NCBI GenBank assembly: GCA_963779995.1
Contig: CAVZZY010000002.1
Location: 278,835-342,834 of the forward strand
Length of the DNA stretch: 64,000 nt
Origin: an uncultured Acidobacteriaceae bacterium
GTDB taxonomy: Bacteria; Acidobacteriota; Terriglobia; Terriglobales; Acidobacteriaceae
Direction: 5' to 3'
Below the pieces are notes generated by a model that did not search any database, had not been told where the DNA came from, and saw nothing but the letters and a program-made list of their open reading frames with translations. Position 1 is the stretch's first letter; every line of letters begins with the position of its first letter. The translations under genes were made by a program, and so were the position numbers. Below are positions 1-8,298 of this stretch, in pieces.

Positions 1-390
1 GAATCGTCCCGCAGCGACCCTCTCCGCTTCCACCGCGATCGTTGCCGGTGCCACGCGTTCACGCCCAAATCTCGCCCGCAGCACCGCGACGTGGTCCACT
101 CCGTTCAGCAAGGGAACCACGCGGCCCGGCACTACTTGTATGGCATCCAGCGCAGTTTGCAGTTGATAGGTCTTGGTTGCAATCCACAGCAAATCAACCG
201 GCCGCGTCAGCGTGGCGACAGCTTTCGCCGGCGCCGTGAGCGAGCCCGAAGGCCGCTCCAACGTCAAGTGATCGGGATAGTCAGGCAACTTCTCCGGCCG
301 AACCACCACCGTGACCCCCTCGCCAAGCGATGACAGCACGGTGCCGACCAAGCCTCCGACTGCTCCCGCTCCCAAAATTGCATGTTTCAT
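1..390 (-). CDS. 2-dehydropantoate 2-reductase-like (ApbA/PanE family), N-terminal 130 codons; rest lies outside the window
   Basis: Hand translation of the minus strand from ATG 390-388 gives MKHAILGAGAVGGLVGTVLSS...LLWIATKTYQLQTALDAI...PLLNGVDH. This has the Rossmann GxGxxG plus the ketopantoate-reductase N-domain pattern. It is absent from the ORF track because there is no stop in the window. Confidence 0.6.
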   Translation of the reverse strand, partial: MKHAILGAGAVGGLVGTVLSSLGEGVTVVVRPEKLPDYPDHLTLERPSGSLTAPAKAVATLTRPVDLLWIATKTYQLQTALDAIQVVPGRVVPLLNGVDHVAVLRARFGRERVAPATIAVEAERVAAGRF

Positions 391-519
391 GCCAGCACCC
401 CCGGAAAAACTATACGGCACCCCTAGTTTTTTGGATGCGCCCACCGCTAACTTCGAACCGCCTTTACGCTGCAACTAAGAATCTGTCACACTGGCCACGG
501 ACCACTATCCACTCACGCC

Positions 520-2643
520 ATGGGAAAAATCCACGTTCTCCCCGAAAGAGTTGCCAACCAGATCGCCGCCGGCGAGGTGGTCGAGCGTCCCGCGTCCGTG
601 GTGAAGGAGTTGCTGGAGAACGCGCTGGACGCCGGTTCCACCCGCATTCGCATTCAGGTCGAGGCGGGCGGGAAGAAGCTGATCCAGATCACCGACAACG
701 GCTGCGGCATGGTACGCGACGATGCCATGCTGGCCTTCGAGCGCCACGCCACCTCAAAAATCAAAGACACCGAAGACCTGCTCAGCATTTCGACCCTCGG
801 ATTTCGCGGCGAGGCGCTGCCCTCCATCGCTTCAGTTGCCCGGCTCCATCTGGAAACCCGCGCCGAAGAAGAAGCGGCGGGCACGGTCCTCGAAATTAAC
901 GGCGGCAAGATCATCCGCGTGGAGGAAGCCGGGCTGCCGCTGGGAACTTCGATCACGATTCGGGATCTCTTCTTCAATACGCCGGCGCGCAAGAAATTTC
1001 TGCGATCCGAATCGACCGAACTCTCCCATATCGCGTCGCTCGTAACCCACTATGCTCTCGCGCATCCGGAAAAACATTTCGAGTTGCACTCGGCAACAAA
1101 TGCCTTGCTGGTGGCGCCGCCCGTCGCCGGTCATCGCGAGCGCGTGTACCAGGTTTTCGGGCGCGAGACCCTTGACCAGTTGATTCCGCTGGCAGCGGTG
1201 CAACCACTGGAGCGCGTCGGGCTGCCGCAGCCCCCGCCGTGGCGGCGGGCCGCGGGCACTCTTGTTCGCGAAAAATTATCCTCCGCCGCAGCGTCGGCAA
1301 AATCGCCCGTTCCGCTAACAGTGGACACGCCGACCGAAGTGTCCGGGCCGCAAGATTTCGGCGAGGTGCGTCTGCATGGCTTCGTATCCAAGCCGGAAAT
1401 CCAGAAGCTCAATCGCAATTCGATTTTTATATTCGTGAACGGGCGGCTGATCCGCGACCGCCTCATTCAACATGCGATCACCGAGGCCTATCGCAACATC
1501 TTGCCGCCGACGGTGTACCCGGTGGTCTTGCTTTTTATCGAAATGCCGACCGCGGAAGTAGATGTGAATGTACATCCCTCGAAGACCGAGGTGCGTTTTC
1601 GCCAGCAGACGGTCATTCACGATTTCATCCGAGAATCGATACGGGCCGCGCTGATGAAAGCACGGCCGGTGCCGCAGTTCCTGGCGGAGATCGGCGCGCA
1701 GCCAACCGCAAGTCCTGGCCTTAGCAGTCCCGGCCTCACTCATCGCGGCGTCACCCATCCCGGCGTCACTAATCCGACGATCAGCCAGGGCGCGACCGGC
1801 AATGGTTTGCAGTGCGCCCCGTGGCGCGACTTGTACGAGCCAGCGGCGGGGACGGCGCCCGGGTTCGCGCTGCAAGCGTCGGCAGTTCCCGCCGCGACGG
1901 CGCGCTTCGAATTTGCGGGAGGAATTGCGGTCGAGGCGAACGCAGCTCTATCGCTGGCCCGCGCGCCCGAGGCAACAGGTCCTGCGCAGACAATCCCCGA
2001 TCACGGCTGCGCGCCCCCGATCGCCCAAAATAAGGAGCCGCAAACCGCGCCGACGCTCGAATCGCTCCGCACGCTGCGCCCGCTCGGTCAGATTCGGAAT
2101 TCATTCATTCTCGCGGTCAACGAAGACGGACTCTGGATCATCGATCAACATGTAGCCCACGAGCGCGTGCTGTTCGAGCGAATCCTGCGGCAACGCTCGG
2201 CGCAGCAGGTGGAGAGCCAGCGGTTGCTCATGCCTCTGGTCATCGAACTGACTCCGGCACAGCAGGCGATCTTCAGCGACATTGCCGAAGAACTTGCGCA
2301 CAACGGTTTCGAGGCGGAACCCTTCGGCGCGCGCAGCGTAGCGGTGAAGATCGCGCCGGCGGGCGTGGACGCGGCGCAGATCGAGCACATGCTGAACGAA
2401 ATCTTCGAGCAGCTCACGCGCGAAGAGCAAGCCATCAATCTGGAAGCGGTGCGAACCCGCATCGCGGCCTCGATCGCCTGCCACGCCGCCATCAAAGTCA
2501 ACATGCCACTCGACCAGAACAAGATGGAGTGGCTGCTAGCGGAACTGGCGAAAACCGAGCATCCTATGAGTTGCCCACACGGTAGGCCGGTGGTGCTGCG
2601 CTATTCCATGCAGGACATTCAGAAGGCATTTAAGAGAATCTAG
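520..2643 (+). CDS. mutL: DNA mismatch repair endonuclease MutL
   Basis: 707-aa ORF. GHKL ATPase N-terminus (ANQIAAGEVVERPASVVKELLENALDAG...ITDNGCGM). C-terminal endonuclease motif DQHVAHERVLFE and CPHGRP. Long Pro/Gly-rich linker. Confidence 0.95.
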   Translation: MGKIHVLPERVANQIAAGEVVERPASVVKELLENALDAGSTRIRIQVEAGGKKLIQITDNGCGMVRDDAMLAFERHATSKIKDTEDLLSISTLGFRGEALPSIASVARLHLETRAEEEAAGTVLEINGGKIIRVEEAGLPLGTSITIRDLFFNTPARKKFLRSESTELSHIASLVTHYALAHPEKHFELHSATNALLVAPPVAGHRERVYQVFGRETLDQLIPLAAVQPLERVGLPQPPPWRRAAGTLVREKLSSAAASAKSPVPLTVDTPTEVSGPQDFGEVRLHGFVSKPEIQKLNRNSIFIFVNGRLIRDRLIQHAITEAYRNILPPTVYPVVLLFIEMPTAEVDVNVHPSKTEVRFRQQTVIHDFIRESIRAALMKARPVPQFLAEIGAQPTASPGLSSPGLTHRGVTHPGVTNPTISQGATGNGLQCAPWRDLYEPAAGTAPGFALQASAVPAATARFEFAGGIAVEANAALSLARAPEATGPAQTIPDHGCAPPIAQNKEPQTAPTLESLRTLRPLGQIRNSFILAVNEDGLWIIDQHVAHERVLFERILRQRSAQQVESQRLLMPLVIELTPAQQAIFSDIAEELAHNGFEAEPFGARSVAVKIAPAGVDAAQIEHMLNEIFEQLTREEQAINLEAVRTRIAASIACHAAIKVNMPLDQNKMEWLLAELAKTEHPMSCPHGRPVVLRYSMQDIQKAFKRI

Positions 2644-2852
2644 CTCTCAGCTCTCAGCTGTCAGGAGAATCTTGCCCCGCATGGGGCGTTGCTCTGCTCT
2701 TGGGTACCGCAAAGGCTATTGACTGTTGCAGTCGCCATGAACATTCTCCTGAGAGCTGAGAGCTGAGAGCTGAGAGCTGAGAGCTGAGAGCTGAGAGCTG
2801 AGAGCTGAGAGCTGAGAGCTGAGAGCTGAGAGCTGCCAGCTGAGAGCCAGCC
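2642..2852. repeat. Heptanucleotide tandem array (GAGAGCT)x12 at 2751-2834, degenerate to ~2852, plus three inverted copies at 2642-2662; forms a long imperfect hairpin
   Basis: Direct reading shows 12 uninterrupted GAGAGCT units. 2642-2671 is the near-exact reverse complement of 2744-2772, with a loop of about 72 nt. Confidence 0.95.
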
Positions 2853-2870
2853 TGTGTTCTAATCGAAATC

Positions 2871-3749
2871 ATGACCGGCGCGGAACTTCTCCAGGCTCGC
2901 ACCCACAAATGGCGCCTCGACGGCCAGCCCGTTTGCACTCTCGATGAAGCGCGCTCCTTCCTCGAGTCGGTGGGATTTTGCCTGATGTATCCAACGCGCC
3001 CTGCGGTTCTGTTGCCGACTTTCATCGGAGCCTGGGTGGGCGCAGATGACAACCTGCCTACGCGCCAGCACGCCTACGCCGATCCGCGCGCCAGAGAGGC
3101 GACCGAGTTAATGGTGCGCGCCCTGCGCGACAAGGCAGCTTACGAGGCTCCGCTGTTTGACGAGAACAACGCATTCTTGCTGGCCGCCTCTGTGTTTCCC
3201 TATTTTTATGCGCTCGTGGGCGAGCGCAACCCGAAGCAGCCGCCGGCGACCGGGCCGCGCTCTCCCTATTCGCCGCTGGCCTGTGATGCGTTCGAAATTA
3301 TCCGGCGCCGTGGACCGATTTCGAAAACCAAGCTGGGCGAGATGCTGGGCGGTTCGCTTTCGAACGCCGGGCTCGATCGCGGTTTGGGCGAACTGTGGGC
3401 CAAACTGCGCATCACGCGCGTGGATTACACGGTGGAGGAGGGCTCGGTGTGGGACGAGCTCTCGCGCTGGGCGCCGCACGTTGTGTGCGAGGGCGTCGGG
3501 ATTTCTGTGCCCGAAGCGCTCTCGGCTCTGGTCTCGAAATATCTGGACTGCGTGATCGCCGTAGACGAAGGAGATGCCGAAAACTTCCTCGCGAACTTCG
3601 TCCCGCGGACGCGCGTGAAAGAAGCCATCCACGCCTTGCTCTCGGCCCGCGAACTGAGCTTTGTGCATGTTGGCAGCAAGTCGCTGCTGCAGGTAACGCC
3701 GCCAAAGCAAGCCTACGTGCCCAAGCCCCGTCCGGAGCGAGTGAGCTAG
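2871..3749 (+). CDS. Conserved-looking hypothetical protein, function unknown
   Basis: 292-aa ORF with balanced, protein-like composition and an ATG start. The competing antisense ORFs are Arg-rich shadows. No family motif recognised. Confidence 0.6.
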   Translation: MTGAELLQARTHKWRLDGQPVCTLDEARSFLESVGFCLMYPTRPAVLLPTFIGAWVGADDNLPTRQHAYADPRAREATELMVRALRDKAAYEAPLFDENNAFLLAASVFPYFYALVGERNPKQPPATGPRSPYSPLACDAFEIIRRRGPISKTKLGEMLGGSLSNAGLDRGLGELWAKLRITRVDYTVEEGSVWDELSRWAPHVVCEGVGISVPEALSALVSKYLDCVIAVDEGDAENFLANFVPRTRVKEAIHALLSARELSFVHVGSKSLLQVTPPKQAYVPKPRPERVS

Positions 3750-3800
3750 CAGGCAGGAGAAACTTCGGCTTAGAATTGGCTTCGTAACAAGGTGGTATTG

Positions 3801-3870
3801 GCTCCGTATAAGGGCATCGCTTCAGCGATACCAAGAGAACCTCGAAATCAGATGCCCCTTCAGGCGCCGG
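3801..3870. repeat. REP-like palindromic element, family D copy 1
   Basis: Contains the hairpin GGCATCGCTTCAGCGATACC and the block GAAATCAGATGCCCCTTCAGGCGCCGG. It clearly aligns with 55978-56038. Confidence 0.7.
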
Positions 3871-3946
3871 TCGCCGACATTCGATTCCCCTGTGTCCCCC
3901 GTGGTGAAGCTCTCCCTCGCTGCGTGTACAATGCTCAGTTCGCCCA

Positions 3947-4636
3947 ATGACCGATCCATCCCAACGCAAACTCATCATCGCCATAGACGGCCCAGCTGGA
4001 GCCGGCAAGAGCACCATCGCCTCCCGGCTGGCGCGCAAGCTCGGCTACGTGAACCTGGAGAGCGGTGCGATGTATCGCGCCCTGGCTCTGCGCGCCATCG
4101 AGTGGGACGCCTCGTTCGATGACGAGGCTGCACTGCTGAAGATGGCGCAGGATTCGCGCATTACTCTCGATCGCTCCATCGGCGGCAATCGTGTGCTGCT
4201 CAACGGTAAAGACGTTTCCGAGCGCATCCGCGAGCGCGATGTGAGCGAGGCCGCGTCGCGCGTCTCGGTGCATCCCAAGGTGCGAGAGTGGATGGTGGAG
4301 CGGCAGCGCGAGATGGGCATCGGCGGCGGCATTGTGATGGAGGGCCGCGACATTGGGACCAAGGTTTTCCCCGATGCCGATTTGAAGATTTTTCTCGACG
4401 CCGACCCCGTAATTCGCGAGCAGCGGCGTCTCGACCAGCAGAAGGTGAAGGGCGCACCGGCCGAGGCAATGGCGGTGGAGCTTCGTGAGCGCGACCGGCG
4501 GGACCGCACCCGAGCGGTTTCACCGCTGGTGGCCGCCGAGGATGCCGTGGTGCTCGACTCGACGAATATGAGCGAGGACGAAGTCGTCAGTCGAATCGAG
4601 GAGTTAGTGGAGCAGCACTTGGCGGCGAACCGCTGA
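3947..4636 (+). CDS. cmk: Cytidylate kinase
   Basis: LIIAIDGPAGAGKSTIASRLARKLGYVNLESGAMYRALA is the canonical Cmk N-terminus. 229 aa. Confidence 0.93.
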   Translation: MTDPSQRKLIIAIDGPAGAGKSTIASRLARKLGYVNLESGAMYRALALRAIEWDASFDDEAALLKMAQDSRITLDRSIGGNRVLLNGKDVSERIRERDVSEAASRVSVHPKVREWMVERQREMGIGGGIVMEGRDIGTKVFPDADLKIFLDADPVIREQRRLDQQKVKGAPAEAMAVELRERDRRDRTRAVSPLVAAEDAVVLDSTNMSEDEVVSRIEELVEQHLAANR

Positions 4637-4776
4637 GGGTTTGCGCGCGCGGCGAAAAACCCGCCCCAACCAAGCGCATCCCGCAAGATTTAGCGGGAAG
4701 GCGCGCCGGAAGCCAACTACAACCGCAGCGCGGCTGAAGTCCCATCCCGCCAGAGGCACGCCTCACCGAAGTCACT

Positions 4777-4805
4777 TCGAAAGCAACCCTCCGTTGCCGT
4801 ATAAT
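4777..4805 (+). promoter_or_regulatory. Candidate sigma70-type promoter (TCGAAA-N17-TATAAT) giving a near-leaderless transcript for the GT2 gene
   Basis: TATAAT at 4800-4805 lies only 10 nt before the GTG start at 4816. There is a 4/6 match to the -35 consensus at 4777-4782. No Shine-Dalgarno is possible. Confidence 0.3.
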
Positions 4806-4815
4806 CGAGGGTATA

Positions 4816-5793
4816 GTGCTCAAATACTCAATTGTAGTTCCTCTCCACAACGAACAGGAGAACGTCACCGACCTGTACGCGCGGCTCAAGTCCGTAATGG
4901 AGGCGAGCGGCGAGACCTTCGAGATGGTGCTGGTCGATGACGGTTCGGTCGACGGAACATTCTCGTTGCTGCGTGAAATTGCCGCCGTTGACAGCCGCGT
5001 TACCATTGTCAAGCTGCGTCGTAATTTTGGTCAGACGGCCGGCCTCGCCGCCGGATTTGACCACGCCCGCGGCGAATACATCATCGCCATGGACGGCGAC
5101 TTGCAGCACGATCCTGCCGACATCCCGTTGTTCCTGGAAAAAATTGCCGAAGGCTACGACATCGTCAGCGGCTGGCGCCGGACTCGTGTCGACAATTTCT
5201 GGTTGCGCCGCATCCCTTCGCGCTGCGCCAACTGGCTCATGGCCAAGTTGAGCGGCGTCGACATCCACGACTTCGGCACCACTTTTAAAGCCTACCGCCG
5301 CGAGATCCTGGGGCAGATTCCGCTTTACGGAGAGCTTCACCGTTTCATCCCCGCGCTCGCCTCATGGCACGGCGCGTCCATCATCGAAGTGCCCATCAAG
5401 AACGTGAACCGCGAACGCGGCGCTTCGCATTACGGAATCTCCCGCACTTTCCGTGTCTTCTTCGATCTCATCACTATCCGTTTCCTGCTCAAATATCTTT
5501 CCCGCCCGTTGCATTTTTTCGGCACGGTGGGGATGTTCAGCATTTTTGCGGGCAGCGCCGTTTCCTTCTGGCTCGTCCTGCAGAAGGTATGGCACCACAC
5601 CGACATCATGTACCAGCACGGCCCACTGATGATGTTCTCCGCCGTCCTGTTGCTGGCGGGCCTGAACATGCTCGCCGTCGGCCTGCTCGGAGAAATGCAG
5701 GTGCGCCATTATCACGAGCCCGTCCAGCGCGCCCCGTACTCCGTCGATCGCATCCTGCGCGCGCAAAGCGAAGAGAGCACCATCTCCGAGTGA
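4816..5793 (+). CDS. Family 2 glycosyltransferase, polyprenyl-phosphate sugar transferase type (ArnC/DPM1-like), with C-terminal TM helices
   Basis: YSIVVPLHNEQEN...LVDDGSVDGT...IIAMDGDLQHDP (DxD region). Two hydrophobic C-terminal helices. Confidence 0.88.
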   Translation: MLKYSIVVPLHNEQENVTDLYARLKSVMEASGETFEMVLVDDGSVDGTFSLLREIAAVDSRVTIVKLRRNFGQTAGLAAGFDHARGEYIIAMDGDLQHDPADIPLFLEKIAEGYDIVSGWRRTRVDNFWLRRIPSRCANWLMAKLSGVDIHDFGTTFKAYRREILGQIPLYGELHRFIPALASWHGASIIEVPIKNVNRERGASHYGISRTFRVFFDLITIRFLLKYLSRPLHFFGTVGMFSIFAGSAVSFWLVLQKVWHHTDIMYQHGPLMMFSAVLLLAGLNMLAVGLLGEMQVRHYHEPVQRAPYSVDRILRAQSEESTISE

Positions 5794-5872
5794 TTGCAGA
5801 GGTCAGAGGTTAGATTGCAGAAGTGAAATCCAGCCATTTTTACCTCTGCAATCCAACCTCTGACCTCTGACC
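5794..5872. repeat. 7-nt-periodic hairpin (CAGAGGT units) immediately after the GT2 stop codon
   Basis: GCAGAGGTCAGAGGTTAGATTGCAGAAGT pairs with ACCTCTGCAATCCAACCTCTGACCTCTGA at 26 of 28 positions, with a 14-nt loop. Confidence 0.85.
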
Positions 5873-5903
5873 TTATCAAGGCGTTATAATTTCATCGGTC
5901 GCC

Positions 5904-7099
5904 ATGCCCACCACAACTCAGCACGAATTGCGTCTAGCCAGCCGGATGTCGCGGCTCGGAACCGAAACCGCCTTTGAAGTCCTCAATCGTGCCCGCGCCC
6001 TCGAAAAGACAGGGCAAAGAAATCATTCACCTGGAAATTGGCGAACCCGACTTCGACACCCCCGCCAATATCGTCGAGGCCGGTGTCGACGCGCTTCACA
6101 TGGGATGGACCCACTACGGTCCCGCTGCCGGTCTGCCCGACCTGCGCCAGGCCATTGCCGACTATGTCAGCCGCACCCGCAACGTCCCGGTTTCGAGCGA
6201 TGAAGTCGTTGTCGTCCCAGGCGGCAAGCCGATTATTTTCTTCACGATTCTGGCATTAATTGAGGACGGAGATGAGGTCATCTACCCCAATCCCGGCTTC
6301 CCCATCTACGAGTCCATGATCAACTATTCGGCTGGGCAAGGCGATTCCCATTCCGCTGCGCGAAGAGCGCGACTTTTCCGTCGACGTCAAAGAGCTGGCC
6401 TCGCTGATTACCGACCGCACCAAGTTAATCATCCTGAACTCGCCGCACAATCCGACCGGCGGCACGCTCACCAAGAAAGATGTTCTCGAAATAGCCGAGG
6501 CCATCGGCGACCGCAACATTCTGATTCTTTCGGACGAAATCTACAGCCGCCTCATCTTCGAAGGCGAGCACTTCTCCATCATGAGCGTACCCGGCTTCAA
6601 AGAGCGCACCATTCTGCTCGACGGCTTCTCCAAGACCTACGCCATGACCGGATGGCGCATGGGCTACGGAGTAATGCGGCCCGATCTGGCCCTGCACATC
6701 GCGCGCCTCATGACCAACTCGACCTCCTGCACCGCCAGCTTCACCCAGGTTGCCGGAATTGCGGCGCTGCGCGGCGACCAGTCCTCGGTCGACAAAATGA
6801 GCGCTGAATTCAAGCGCCGCCGCGACGCCTTCGTCGCCGGCCTGAACAAGATCAAAGGCTTCTCCTGCCGCCTGCCGAAGGGCGCATTCTACGTTTTCCC
6901 CAACATTACGAAGACGGGCTGGCCGTCAAAGAAGCTGGCCGACGCGCTGCTCGAGGAGGCCGGCGTCGCCTGCCTCTCCGGCACCGCCTTCGGCGAATAC
7001 GGGGAAGGCTATCTGCGCTTCAGCGTCGCCAACTCGCTCGAGAACCTGAATGCGGCCTTGACGAAAATTGAAGACTGGGCTGGGAAGAACTTGCGCTGA
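5904..7099 (+). pseudogene. Class I/II PLP aminotransferase (aspartate aminotransferase-like) interrupted by two +1 frameshifts, or sequence errors
   Basis: Three consecutive frames read as one protein: ...AFEVLNRARALEK | QGKEIIHLEIGEPDFDTP...PNPGFPIYESMINYSAG | KAIPIPLREE...LNSPHNPTGG...GFSKTYAMTGWRMGY...YLRFS. Junctions lie near 6004-6010 and 6334-6337. Confidence 0.85.
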
Positions 7100-7149
7100 A
7101 AGTGGAACGCCGGGCGTCCCGTAGCTCGACCATGGGAATTTCCAAGAGA

Positions 7150-7192
7150 CTTTGCGACCTCTGCGATCTCTCAGCGATCTCTGCGTTGAAGC
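7150..7192. repeat. CTCTGCG-type short-period repeat
   Basis: TTTGCGACCTCTGCGATCTCTCAGCGATCTCTGCGTTGAAG. Related to the CGCAGAG block at 46307-46320. Confidence 0.6.
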
Positions 7193-7245
7193 TCTCTTTC
7201 ATGCCTTTGACGTAGCCGGCCCGACTTGGTGTAAAATCCGCCGCT

Positions 7246-8028
7246 ATGGCAAACATCGATCAGCACCCCGCCGGCTCCTTCTGTTGGATTGAACTCCACA
7301 CCACCGATCAGAACGCCGCCAAGAGCTTCTACGGCTCTCTTTTTGGTTGGGCTCCCCATGACAATCCGATGGGCCCGAACGATTTCTATACCGAATTCAA
7401 ACTCCAGGGCCGCGAAGCCGCCGCCGCATGCACGCTGCGTCCCGACGAGCGTTCCCAGGGCGTTCCTCCGTACTGGATGATTTACGTCGCCGTCGCGAAC
7501 ACCGACGCAGCCGTCATCAAGGCGCAGCAGCTAGGCGGGAAAATTCTCGCACCAGCGTTCGACGTTATGGATGCCGGACGTATGGCAGTCATCCAGGATC
7601 CCACCGGCGCGGTTTTCTGCGTATGGCAGGCGAATAAGAACGCCGGAATCGGAATCGCCGAAGTCGCCGGTACGCTCTGCTGGGCCGATCTAAGCACGAG
7701 CGATCCCAAACGCGCCTCCGATTTTTACTCCGGCTTTTTCGGATGGCAGATAGCCGCCGACCCGAAAGATCCGTCCGGCTATCTGCACATCAAGAACGGC
7801 GGACATTTCATCGGAGGCGTTCCGCCCGCAGTTCATCACCCGCCCGGAGTGCCGCCGCACTGGCTAGCCTACTTCCAGGTAGATGATGTGGATGCGGTTG
7901 CATCCAAGGCCAAACAGATGGGCGCCAAACTCTGTCTTCAGCCGATGACGATGGAAGGCGTCGGCCGTATGTCAGTGATCTCCGACCCGCAAGGGGCGGT
8001 GTTCTCCATCTTCAAGTCAGCGCGCTAA
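7246..8028 (+). CDS. VOC (glyoxalase/bleomycin-resistance) family protein, two tandem domains
   Basis: Two similar halves: FCWIELHTTD...FYGSLFGWAP...GGKILAPAFDVMDAGRMAVIQDPTGAVFCVWQ and LCWADLSTSD...FYSGFFGWQI...GRMSVISDPQGAVFSIF. Confidence 0.85.
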   Translation: MANIDQHPAGSFCWIELHTTDQNAAKSFYGSLFGWAPHDNPMGPNDFYTEFKLQGREAAAACTLRPDERSQGVPPYWMIYVAVANTDAAVIKAQQLGGKILAPAFDVMDAGRMAVIQDPTGAVFCVWQANKNAGIGIAEVAGTLCWADLSTSDPKRASDFYSGFFGWQIAADPKDPSGYLHIKNGGHFIGGVPPAVHHPPGVPPHWLAYFQVDDVDAVASKAKQMGAKLCLQPMTMEGVGRMSVISDPQGAVFSIFKSAR

Positions 8029-8064
8029 GTCGGCATGTACGGAAGGTTCTCCTCCGTGAACCGC

Positions 8065-8145
8065 TGTGTCCTCTGTGGTTAAGCTAAAGCCGACCAGCAC
8101 AGAGGACACAAGGTTACCTGGCTCTCGGCGTCTCGGCGGTGAAAA
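8065..8145. repeat. REP-like elements: perfect 13-bp-stem hairpin (8065-8077 with 8098-8110) followed by a family C unit (8127-8145)
   Basis: TGTGTCCTCTGTG pairs with CACAGAGGACACA. GGCGTCTCGGCGGTGAAAA is identical to 40798-40816 and 46369-46387. Confidence 0.85.
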
Positions 8146-8298
8146 ATCGACCGCGCTGGCAGAGACACCGTCACACGTCACCCCCGCCTGTGACCCCGCT
8201 CACTGAACCCCGCGACCGCGCCAGTTACGCTCATGCTGTAAGCCTATGCGCCGCTTCTTGTGCTGCCCAAAGCTCGGCGCCCGCGAAGGAGCCACTCC

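Noticed and set aside
2751-2834. Possible CRISPR array
   Set aside because: The repeats are 7 bp and directly abutting, with no spacers, and no cas genes are present. It is a simple tandem repeat.
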